Assembly (NCBI GenBank): GCA_015064135.1 | Contig: SVSU01000001.1 | Span: 1 to 62,809 of the forward strand | Origin: Oscillospiraceae bacterium | GTDB taxonomy: Bacteria; Bacillota; Clostridia; Oscillospirales; CAG-272 | Length of the DNA: 62,809 bases | Reading direction: 5' to 3' | Shown here: positions 47,905 to 55,671 of the stretch, piece by piece | Position numbering within the stretch: position 1 is the first letter of the stretch | How the letters are laid out: each line of letters opens with the position of its first letter | The notes under the pieces: generated by a model | Seen by the model: the letters and a program-made list of their open reading frames with translations, nothing else | Told to the model about the DNA's origin: nothing | The model's database searches: none | Made by a program: the position numbers and the translations under genes

Positions 47905-47937
47905 CCCAAAATTGGGTGAGCCGAAACAAAAAACAAA

Positions 47938-47966
47938 GCCGACATGATCTTTCATGCCGGTTTTTC
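47938..47966 (+). terminator. Intrinsic terminator after recR
   Basis: GCCGACATGA pairs with TCATGCCGG and is followed by TTTTTC. Confidence 0.5.
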
Positions 47967-47986
47967 TTCATTCAGAGGGATAGAAT

Positions 47987-48478
47987 ATGAATATCAGGGT
48001 AAGACCATACAGAAACGAGGACATCCCCCACATGATCCGCATCTGGAACGAGGTCGTGGAGGAGGGCGTGGCTTTTCCTCAGGAGGAGTATCTGGATCCG
48101 GACAGCGGTGCGGCCTTTTTTGCAGAACAGACACATACGGCAGTTGCTGTGGATGAAGATACCGGTACGGTGTTGGGGCTTTACATACTCCATCCCAACA
48201 ATGTCGGCAGGTGCGGCCATATATGTAATGCAAGCTATGCCGTGGCGGCTGAGGTGCGAGGGCTCCACATCGGTGAGAAACTTGTGCTCGACTGCATAGA
48301 ACGGGGCAGAGAAGCCGGTTTTACCATTCTGCAGTTCAACGCAGTGGTGGCAACAAATATCCACGCAAGGCATCTTTATGAACGCATTGGATTTATTGGG
48401 CTTGGGATCATCCCAAAGGGATTCCGCATGAAGGATGGCCATTTTGAGGATATCTGCCCATATTACTTTACACTTTAA
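47987..48478 (+). CDS. GNAT family N-acetyltransferase
   Basis: The 163-aa ORF has an acetyl-CoA-binding-like segment (RGLHIGEKLV) and LYERIGF. Confidence 0.8.
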   Translation: MNIRVRPYRNEDIPHMIRIWNEVVEEGVAFPQEEYLDPDSGAAFFAEQTHTAVAVDEDTGTVLGLYILHPNNVGRCGHICNASYAVAAEVRGLHIGEKLVLDCIERGREAGFTILQFNAVVATNIHARHLYERIGFIGLGIIPKGFRMKDGHFEDICPYYFTL

Positions 48479-48497
48479 CAGAAAGAAGGAAAAATTT

Positions 48498-49979
48498 ATG
48501 ACATTCAACGGATTTGATTTTGCATCCCCCGAGAGCGTGGGCGTTCCCTCGGGTGCTGTGCTTGACTTTATGAAGAGGCTCCGTGACGAGGGGCGAAACG
48601 TTCACGGATTTATGCTGTGGCGCCACGGAAAGCTTATCTCAAAATGTATCGCTCCCCCCTTCGATTACGACTCCAAACGCCATGCTTACTCCATTTCAAA
48701 GACTTTTACCTCCACTGCCATCGGTATAGCCCGTGATGAAGGACTTCTTACCCTAGGCGAACGGCTTGTGGATATTTTCCCCGAATCTGTCCCCGAAACC
48801 ATTTCCCCCAACCTTGCGAAAATGACCGTTCACGATGTGCTCTGTATGGGCTGCGGTCACGATAACAACTCGGATCCCGTGATGATGGCGGCCGAGGACG
48901 GCGACTGGGTGAAGGCATTCCTGGCGAAGGATGTACCCCATGTGCCGGGTACTCACTTCGCATACAATTCGGGCGCCACATATATGCTTTCCGCAATCAT
49001 TACAAAGCGGACGGGTATGAAATTGATAGATTACCTCCGCCCTCGCCTCTTTGAGCCTCTCGGAATCACCGATGTGGTATGGGACGAGTGCCCTCGCGGA
49101 ATCAATTTGGGCGGCTGGGGCTTCCGCTGCTCTCATACCGATATGCTGAAGCTGGGTATCATGTACCTCTCGGGCGGATATTGGAGGGGACAGCGTATCG
49201 TCAGCCGGGACTGGGTGAAGCTGGCAAGCTCCTATAAGATTTCAAACGGCGTTGACAGAGGTGATGACTGGGGCAGCGGCTATTGCTACCAGATCTGGCG
49301 CTGTCAGCATAATTGCTTCCGCGGAGACGGTGCCTTCGGTCAGCTTCTCATCATGAGCCCCGACCGCGATATGGTGCTTGCTCTCATCAGCGAGGACAAC
49401 AGCTTCCAGGATATGTGCAACACTTACTGGGACACCGTGTTCGCGTCCGCTGTGGGAACTCTCCACACCTACCGCATGGATCCCTTGTTCAGCGAGGATA
49501 TGGTGAAGGAGGATGTTCTCCCCGAGAATCCCGAAGTGCTGGCGGAACTGCGCAGTGCAGAGGAAAATTGGACCGCAACGGAGCTGCTCGGCGGCAGTGT
49601 GGGTGAGTTTGAAGGTAAGCTGACTGTTGACGGCGGCAGAGTTGGGGCGGTTGACGTGAAGGTTGAAGGTGAGAACGCTCTCTTTACCTTGTTCTTCCGT
49701 GACGGTCTTGTAAAGATGATAAAGGCAGGAAGCGGCAAGTGGGTGAAGAACAGCTTTGACGAATTTCCGCGCACCGAATTTGAGGTGATGGTTGCGAAGG
49801 ATATTGCTCCCGTGGAAATGTGCGTTTCCTTCCGCATGGATGGGGATAAGATTTTCGTCAACGCGCAGGCAACAAATTCTCCCCACGGTGCTCGTATTAC
49901 CATCGACCTCGGTGAGTGTACCGTTACAAAAGCAATGAACTATCAGACAGATACATTTGCGTTTAAGCTTGAAAAGTAA
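48498..49979 (+). CDS. Serine hydrolase, beta-lactamase (class C / PBP-like) family with C-terminal extra domain
   Basis: The SISKTFTS (SxxK) motif and a YNSGATY-like motif are present. The start at 48498 is chosen by its RBS and to avoid overlapping the GNAT gene. Confidence 0.8.
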   Translation: MTFNGFDFASPESVGVPSGAVLDFMKRLRDEGRNVHGFMLWRHGKLISKCIAPPFDYDSKRHAYSISKTFTSTAIGIARDEGLLTLGERLVDIFPESVPETISPNLAKMTVHDVLCMGCGHDNNSDPVMMAAEDGDWVKAFLAKDVPHVPGTHFAYNSGATYMLSAIITKRTGMKLIDYLRPRLFEPLGITDVVWDECPRGINLGGWGFRCSHTDMLKLGIMYLSGGYWRGQRIVSRDWVKLASSYKISNGVDRGDDWGSGYCYQIWRCQHNCFRGDGAFGQLLIMSPDRDMVLALISEDNSFQDMCNTYWDTVFASAVGTLHTYRMDPLFSEDMVKEDVLPENPEVLAELRSAEENWTATELLGGSVGEFEGKLTVDGGRVGAVDVKVEGENALFTLFFRDGLVKMIKAGSGKWVKNSFDEFPRTEFEVMVAKDIAPVEMCVSFRMDGDKIFVNAQATNSPHGARITIDLGECTVTKAMNYQTDTFAFKLEK

Positions 49980-50044
49980 AAATCTCAGAGTGTGAGTGTA
50001 CACAAACTGAGACTTGAAAACAGTATAAAAGTTTTTTCAGGGTC

Positions 50045-50090
50045 ATGGGGACTGTTGCAAGTCTAATTTGCAGCAGCCCCATATTTTATC
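50045..50090. terminator. Hairpin between convergent genes
   Basis: ATGGGGACTGTTGCAA pairs with TTGCAGCAGCCCCAT and is followed by ATTTTAT. Confidence 0.45.
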
Positions 50091-52059
50091 TTCCCTTATT
50101 CATGAAATCCTCGGCGGACATACCGTCGATGGGGGTGATGTACCGTTTCGCCTGGGTGGAGAACAGCTCGTAGTAGACGCCGTGCTTCTTCATCAGCTCC
50201 TCGTGATCTCCCGTTTCAATGACCGCACCGCTTTCGAGTACGATGATCTTATTGGCGACGGTGGCGCTGGAGAGACGGTGGGAGACGAAGATGGTGGTCT
50301 TGTCTTTTCTCAATCGGTCGAACTGGTTGTAGATCTCCTGCTCCGCAATGGCGTCAAGGGATGCTGTGGGCTCGTCCAGAATGATGATGTCACTGTCACT
50401 GTAAAACGCGCGGGCGATGGAGAGCTTTTGCCACTGACCGATGGAAAGCTCGATGCCGTTTTCCTCAAAGTAGCGCATGAGGGGGGTGTCGTAGCCATCG
50501 GGAAGGGCATCGATGAACTGCGCCGCACTGCTCTGCTCTGCCGCAAGGTGTACCTCGTCCTCACCTGCATCACGGTCAAGCTCGCCGAATACGATGTTTT
50601 CCCTGACATTCACCGCGTACTTGCCGAAATCCTGGAAAATGATACCGAAGAGGCTGTAAAGCTCCTCCACGGCATATTCCTTGATGTTGTGACCGTCAAG
50701 GAAAATCTCACCCTCCGTGGGGTCGTAGAGTCGGGTGAGGAGCTTGATGAGTGTGGTCTTTCCTGCGCCGTTGAGACCTACCAGTACCACGGTGTCACCC
50801 GGTTCAATGATGATGTTTACATCATTGATGACCCGTCGCTCAGTTCCCGGGTAGGCGAAGGAGACGTGGCGGAATTCGATGCGGTGTCCCGTGCGGTGCT
50901 GTACCTTTCTCGGCTCGGGGAGGGAGGGGACAACGGTGGGCTTTTCCTTCATGAACGCGATGAGGTTGTCGATAAACAGCGTTCCCTCATAAATGGAGGC
51001 TGTGGTGCTGAGGATGGTGCCGATACCGCCTGCAATGGCAGTGAGCGCCCCTGTGTAGAGGGAGAAGTCGCCTACTTCATGCCGCCCTTCCACAACGCCC
51101 TTTGCGATGTAGAGGAAGAGCAGACAGTTGACTACGGTGGTAATGATACCCGTTGCAATATGCCAGAGACCCTCTCCCACAAAGAGCTTCTTCAGCCCCT
51201 TGAAATAGGTTTTGAAGGTTTCGTGATAGCGGGAAATAAAGAGATCGGACAGCCCGAAGAGGCGTACCTCCTTTACCATGTCCTTGTTGGTCATAAGTCC
51301 CGAATAATAATTCATCTGCCTGCGCTCTTTGGAGTGGAAGCGGATGTAGTGAAAGTTCTTTTTTCGATAGGAGAAGTTAATGATGGCGGTGGGGACGGAC
51401 ATGAGGAGAATAACAACGGGAGCCACTGTGCTCACCGATGCCAGAATACCCACAAATGTCACCATGCTGATGACGGTACTGATGATGGTGAAGTTGCTGT
51501 TCAGTATCTGTATGGGGCGGTTGCCTGCCTCCCGCTTTGCGTTCTCAAATTTCTCGTAGAAATCGGGCAGATCAAAACTGGCAAGGTCAACCTCTCTCGC
51601 CTTCCGCATGATTTTCAGATTCACATGGTTGACCACCAATTCGCTTTCGATGTTGTTGAGAATGCCGCTTATTCTGCCGATGAGACTTGCCAAAAATGTG
51701 TAGGCGAAACGGATCACAAGAATGGTCATGACAGGCTCAAATTGCTGAGGGGTCCCGTTTACCGCCGCCATGAATGCTTCCGCGAGGCGGTTCAGCAGGG
51801 TGGCATCAATGAAGGTATTGATTACGGGGTTGACGCCGTTGAATACCGCCATGAACACCATGTGTATAAGGATCCAGGGCTTTGTGTCCCATACGATGCG
51901 GAATATGTAAAAGAGGCGGGAGAAAAATTTTGTTACCACGCGGAAAATATAGCCCGGTACCTCTTTGATGCTTTTCGGCTTTGGTTCCTTCAGCTGCTCC
52001 CTGATTCTTTCAGCTTTGATAAAGTGGGGCGGTCCTCCGGGGCCCATGATTTTCACCAT
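50086..52059 (-). CDS. ABC exporter, fused permease/ATP-binding protein (MsbA-like)
   Basis: An N-terminal region of six TM helices is followed by Walker A (GLNGAGKTTL), the signature LSIGQWQK, and Walker B (IIILDEPT). Confidence 0.9.
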   Translation of the reverse strand: MVKIMGPGGPPHFIKAERIREQLKEPKPKSIKEVPGYIFRVVTKFFSRLFYIFRIVWDTKPWILIHMVFMAVFNGVNPVINTFIDATLLNRLAEAFMAAVNGTPQQFEPVMTILVIRFAYTFLASLIGRISGILNNIESELVVNHVNLKIMRKAREVDLASFDLPDFYEKFENAKREAGNRPIQILNSNFTIISTVISMVTFVGILASVSTVAPVVILLMSVPTAIINFSYRKKNFHYIRFHSKERRQMNYYSGLMTNKDMVKEVRLFGLSDLFISRYHETFKTYFKGLKKLFVGEGLWHIATGIITTVVNCLLFLYIAKGVVEGRHEVGDFSLYTGALTAIAGGIGTILSTTASIYEGTLFIDNLIAFMKEKPTVVPSLPEPRKVQHRTGHRIEFRHVSFAYPGTERRVINDVNIIIEPGDTVVLVGLNGAGKTTLIKLLTRLYDPTEGEIFLDGHNIKEYAVEELYSLFGIIFQDFGKYAVNVRENIVFGELDRDAGEDEVHLAAEQSSAAQFIDALPDGYDTPLMRYFEENGIELSIGQWQKLSIARAFYSDSDIIILDEPTASLDAIAEQEIYNQFDRLRKDKTTIFVSHRLSSATVANKIIVLESGAVIETGDHEELMKKHGVYYELFSTQAKRYITPIDGMSAEDFMNKGR

Positions 52060-52142
52060 GCCTTTCTTTTAATTTTATATGTAATTTGATAGGGCACCAC
52101 CGAATGATGACGATGGTGCCTTTTTTGGGTATGGCGAGTCCC

Positions 52143-54425
52143 TTACGGCATATAAAGCTGAACCAGCCTTGTTACGGTATCCGTATCGGGGTCGATGACG
52201 ATTCTCCAGACAGGCCACTTGCTGCCGAGAGGCCAGATCCGTCGGAACTGACCGTATGTGGTCTTCATCCAGGGGGAGTAGTCCATGGCAAGAACCCAGA
52301 CCTCGGTGTCGTCGGAGATTCGGTAGTTCTGCTTTGCTTCATCCTCGTTGTCAATGCGCTGACCGTTCTCCGCCGTGTCATCCTTCATCAGCAGGAAGGG
52401 GTCGCCGACGAGGGTGCCTTCGTGGGTGTCCTTCAGGAAAATGTTGGTGTATGCTCCCTCCCCCGGCTCCTTTTTGTCGAGGGTGTATACACAGTCGAAG
52501 GCGTTTTCTGTGACCACGGAATTGATAACGTTTTCCGCCGCCTCTCTTGTTCGCTCGTCTGTGTTTTCGTAGATGATGGCGTAGTATATACCGTCCTTCA
52601 GTGCGAAAATGCGGTTGTGCTCATGGTTTCCGAAATACTTTTCGTGATTTTTGAAGTACACGGAAGGGGCGATGGTGACAACGCTGAACGCCGTGGCCCT
52701 GGTGGAGAATACACCGCGGAACAGAACTTCATTCTCCCCTTCCATGAGGGCAATAAGGGAGGAATCCTTTGCGGAAATGGTGATGTTCAGCCCCGACAAT
52801 GTGCCCTTCAGAGGCTCCTTGATGTCGGATGTAACCGTATTGTTGTCGGGGGCGGCGGAGATGTTTCCGTTTGCGGCACCGATGCTGATGCTGTATTCCA
52901 GGGAGTCTCCCGTGGGGGTGGGGATGCTGTAATAGAGGGTGGCTCCGTCCGCGCTTACATGAATGTCGTCAAGCTTTGCGGCGGAAATATCCTGAACCGA
53001 TCCGTCACCATAGATAAATCTGAGAAGATATTCATCCGCAGTTCCGTTTTTCCGTGTTCCGTAGAGGGCGGTAAGACGGGATGCTTTGTGTTCAAACAGG
53101 ATGGTGTAGCCTTCGTTTTTAAACGCTGCGGCTTCTGCGGTCGCTGTGGCGGCGGTTCCCGTGTTCGACGGGGAGGAGGGAGAGGCTCCCGTCTTTGCAT
53201 CCGTACCCCAGGCAGCAGCTTCAACGGCGGCCTTTGCGGCGGAGGAATATTCATCGGGAATATCACCGCAGATAAAAGCTATATCCGTGACTGCGTTCAT
53301 TCTGTAACTGTCGTAAAGGGTGAAGGTGTATACCATGTCTCCGTCGTGGGATGTGATGGAAAGGGAGGCGATATTCGCCTTTCTTCCGTTTATGTAAAGG
53401 GCGGTGCGGCTGTCAAGAAGCTCTTTTGTTTCCGCCGCGCTCTTGCTTGAGGGGACTCCGTCCGTTTCCGATGCGGCATTGTTGAGCCAGCCTCTGACGA
53501 TACCCATCGCCGTCAGTCCCACGTCCTTTTTCAGGCGGAAGGCAATGGTGTCGGGGGTGAGCACCGCATCATTGATGCATTCCGTGCTATATCCCGTAAC
53601 CCCGTTTTTTCCGTAGATCAGGGAGAAGCCTGTCAGCCCCGTGAAGGGAACATTGGCGGTGCCTCCCTTGTGGAAGAAGAGGGGATCGGTTTCACTGTCT
53701 GTGTTTGTGGTGGGGGTGTCGTCGGTCTCCTCGGGGGGATTTGGTGTGCCCACAGCGGCGAGGGAAACGGAAACGCGCCCGGATTCATCAAGGAGACGTA
53801 CCACCACAGCGGCGATCTCGCTTCTCTTGATCTTTCCCTCGGGATTGAAGTTTCCGAGATCATCCCCCGTCATAATTCCGCAGGCATACATTTTATAAGC
53901 ACTGCCGTAATACCAGAGGGAGGGATCCGTCACATCTCCGAAAGGCTTCTGCCATACAGCCTCCGCGTTGATCTGCTTCTCATCTGCAGAGAGCACACGG
54001 GAGAAGATGACGGCAACCTGCGCGCGGCTGGCTGAGACGGTGTAATCTTCATAGGGCTCGGAGATAATGCCGTTTTCAAGGGCGTAGGAAACATAGGTGT
54101 CATACCAGTTCACCGTTCCGTTTCCGAGCGTGACCGCACCGCCGTTTTTCAGCTGATGAACACAGCAGGCGAGCTTGATGCAGGCGGCAAGGTCGAGTGT
54201 CTTGTCGGGGGCGAATTCCGTGGCTGTCACACCGCTGATGATATTCATGGAATAGGCATCGGCAACGCTTTGGTAGAACCAATCGTCCTTTGCCACATCG
54301 CGAAAGTTGTCGTTGTAGGTCAGCTTATGATACTGTGTCACCGAGGAGACGGACACTGCGGAGGAGAGAAGAAGTGCGGCGCAAAGGAGAGCAGAGGTGC
54401 ATCTTTTGCAGCAGTGTTTTTTCAT
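52143..54425 (-). CDS. Secreted SLH-domain cell-surface protein, large C-terminal region of unknown function
   Basis: It has a signal peptide and SLH-like repeats. Its N-terminal module is paralogous to that of 10500-11867 (GNGTVNWYD.Y..YALENGII). GGAGG lies upstream of the ATG at 54425. Confidence 0.8.
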   Translation of the reverse strand: MKKHCCKRCTSALLCAALLLSSAVSVSSVTQYHKLTYNDNFRDVAKDDWFYQSVADAYSMNIISGVTATEFAPDKTLDLAACIKLACCVHQLKNGGAVTLGNGTVNWYDTYVSYALENGIISEPYEDYTVSASRAQVAVIFSRVLSADEKQINAEAVWQKPFGDVTDPSLWYYGSAYKMYACGIMTGDDLGNFNPEGKIKRSEIAAVVVRLLDESGRVSVSLAAVGTPNPPEETDDTPTTNTDSETDPLFFHKGGTANVPFTGLTGFSLIYGKNGVTGYSTECINDAVLTPDTIAFRLKKDVGLTAMGIVRGWLNNAASETDGVPSSKSAAETKELLDSRTALYINGRKANIASLSITSHDGDMVYTFTLYDSYRMNAVTDIAFICGDIPDEYSSAAKAAVEAAAWGTDAKTGASPSSPSNTGTAATATAEAAAFKNEGYTILFEHKASRLTALYGTRKNGTADEYLLRFIYGDGSVQDISAAKLDDIHVSADGATLYYSIPTPTGDSLEYSISIGAANGNISAAPDNNTVTSDIKEPLKGTLSGLNITISAKDSSLIALMEGENEVLFRGVFSTRATAFSVVTIAPSVYFKNHEKYFGNHEHNRIFALKDGIYYAIIYENTDERTREAAENVINSVVTENAFDCVYTLDKKEPGEGAYTNIFLKDTHEGTLVGDPFLLMKDDTAENGQRIDNEDEAKQNYRISDDTEVWVLAMDYSPWMKTTYGQFRRIWPLGSKWPVWRIVIDPDTDTVTRLVQLYMP

Positions 54426-54732
54426 GTTTATCCTCCAAAAATGAACAAAATTATCTTTATAAATATAGTATAACACATTTTTTGTCGAAACACAAGGGGG
54501 AAAAGGGGAGTTGGGAGATTTTACAATGTGAAATAATGAGAAAATGTGGAAAAAGTCGTGGAAAACCCACTTGAAAGTGAGTTATCAACAGCGGATTGTG
54601 GAAAAATCACGGGCAAGTGTGAAACAAGATGTGTTTTTTCAAAAAAGAGCCTGTGGAGAAGATGTGGGAAAGGAAAAAGTGGGGAGTTTTCAACAGTCGG
54701 TTGTGGGAAACTTTGCAGGGAGGCGGAAAAAC

Positions 54733-54761
54733 TTGACCCTTGTGCGGAAGTGTGGTATAAT
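54733..54761 (+). promoter_or_regulatory. Sigma-A-type promoter with extended -10
   Basis: TTGACC (54733-54738) is followed by 17 nt and then TGgTATAAT (-10 at 54756-54761). Confidence 0.6.
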
Positions 54762-54817
54762 GAAACAAAAAAACGCCGTGGGAGACTGTGCCGCGGCCCA
54801 AAAGAAGGAGCGAGTAT

Positions 54818-55354
54818 ATGATGGAATTGGTAAAGGGCAGACCTGCGGATTTGGGAGGACGGCTTCCGAAGGAGGTTCGTGTGTACGATTTTCTCGACAA
54901 GCTGGGCATTGACTACGGCAGGGTAGATCACGAGGTCGCCATGACCATGGAGGACTGCGAGGCGATCGACCGCGTGCTCGGCGCGCCCACCTGCAAGAAT
55001 CTGTTTTTATGCAACAGACAGCAGACGGAATTTTATGTACTGCTGATGCCCGGGGACAAGCCCTTCAAGACGAAGGACCTGTCGGCGCAGATCAACTCGT
55101 CCCGTCTTTCCTTCGGCACCCACGAGCACATGGAGGCGCTTCTCGACATCACCCCGGGCTCACTGACCGTCCTCGGTCTGATGAACGACAGGGAGGGGAA
55201 GGTGAAACTGCTTATTGACGAGGACGTGGTAAAAACGGAGTATATCGGCTGTCATCCGTGCATCAACACATCTACGCTGAAGTTCACGGTGAAGGACATG
55301 ATGGAGAAGATCATCCCGGCGCTGGGGCATGAGCCGGTTTTTGTGAAGCTGTGA
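54818..55354 (+). CDS. YbaK/ProX-type aminoacyl-tRNA trans-editing domain protein
   Basis: The sequence is ProX-like (CKNLFLCNRQQTEFYVLLMPGDKPF, LGLMND). AAGGAG lies upstream of the ATG at 54818. Confidence 0.75.
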   Translation: MMELVKGRPADLGGRLPKEVRVYDFLDKLGIDYGRVDHEVAMTMEDCEAIDRVLGAPTCKNLFLCNRQQTEFYVLLMPGDKPFKTKDLSAQINSSRLSFGTHEHMEALLDITPGSLTVLGLMNDREGKVKLLIDEDVVKTEYIGCHPCINTSTLKFTVKDMMEKIIPALGHEPVFVKL

Positions 55355-55455
55355 GGGGGAGGGTTATGTGGGGGACACTTTTTGGAAAAAGTATCCCCCA
55401 TGCCCCCGTCAAAAACTTTTAATATGAGGGGAACGAAAAAAAGCAGGCGCGGTGC

Positions 55456-55484
55456 TTGCATTTTTATTTATTGTATGGTATAAT
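55456..55484 (+). promoter_or_regulatory. Sigma-A-type promoter with extended -10 for the LRR/dockerin gene leader
   Basis: TTGCAT (55456-55461) is followed by 17 nt and then TGgTATAAT (-10 at 55479-55484). Confidence 0.55.
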
Positions 55485-55621
55485 ATTCATGCTACACAAA
55501 TTGCATATTTTATTTCAATACTGGGAAAAGTGCCTTGGCAAGAGGTGTTTCCTTTTTTCCGCATTCCGGTGTTGAAAAAAACGCGTTTGTGTAGCAGCTA
55601 ACGAAGGGATAACACTTTTGC

Positions 55622-55650
55622 AGTGCGTTCCTTCGGGGGCGCACTTTTTG
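55622..55650 (+). terminator. Leader terminator-like hairpin 22 nt upstream of the start codon (possible attenuator)
   Basis: AGTGCG (55622-55627) pairs with CGCACT (55640-55645) and is followed by TTTTTG. The RBS GGAAGGAG lies downstream. Confidence 0.5.
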
Positions 55651-55671
55651 ATTTTGGAAGGAGTTTGAGGT

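Noticed and set aside
50068-52089. A 673-aa plus-strand ORF.
   Set aside because: It is exactly antisense to the ABC exporter, which has Walker A, Walker B and signature motifs. The antisense translation has no motifs.
52086-53450. A 454-aa plus-strand ORF.
   Set aside because: It is antisense to the SLH surface protein gene. It has Gly/Val/Arg-rich composition and no start context.
54527-54761. The chromosomal replication origin (oriC), suggested by the DnaA-box-like cluster.
   Set aside because: No dnaA or dnaN gene lies nearby, and no obvious AT-rich unwinding element with 13-mer-like repeats is present. The boxes are mostly in one orientation and abut a promoter. It is kept only as a DnaA-box-cluster or operator hypothesis.
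54544-54912. Plus-strand ORFs (122 aa and 91 aa) and minus-strand ORFs (136 aa and 100 aa) in the intergenic box cluster.
   Set aside because: They overlap one another across a promoter region and are generated by the repetitive TGTGGAAAA motifs. None has RBS support.
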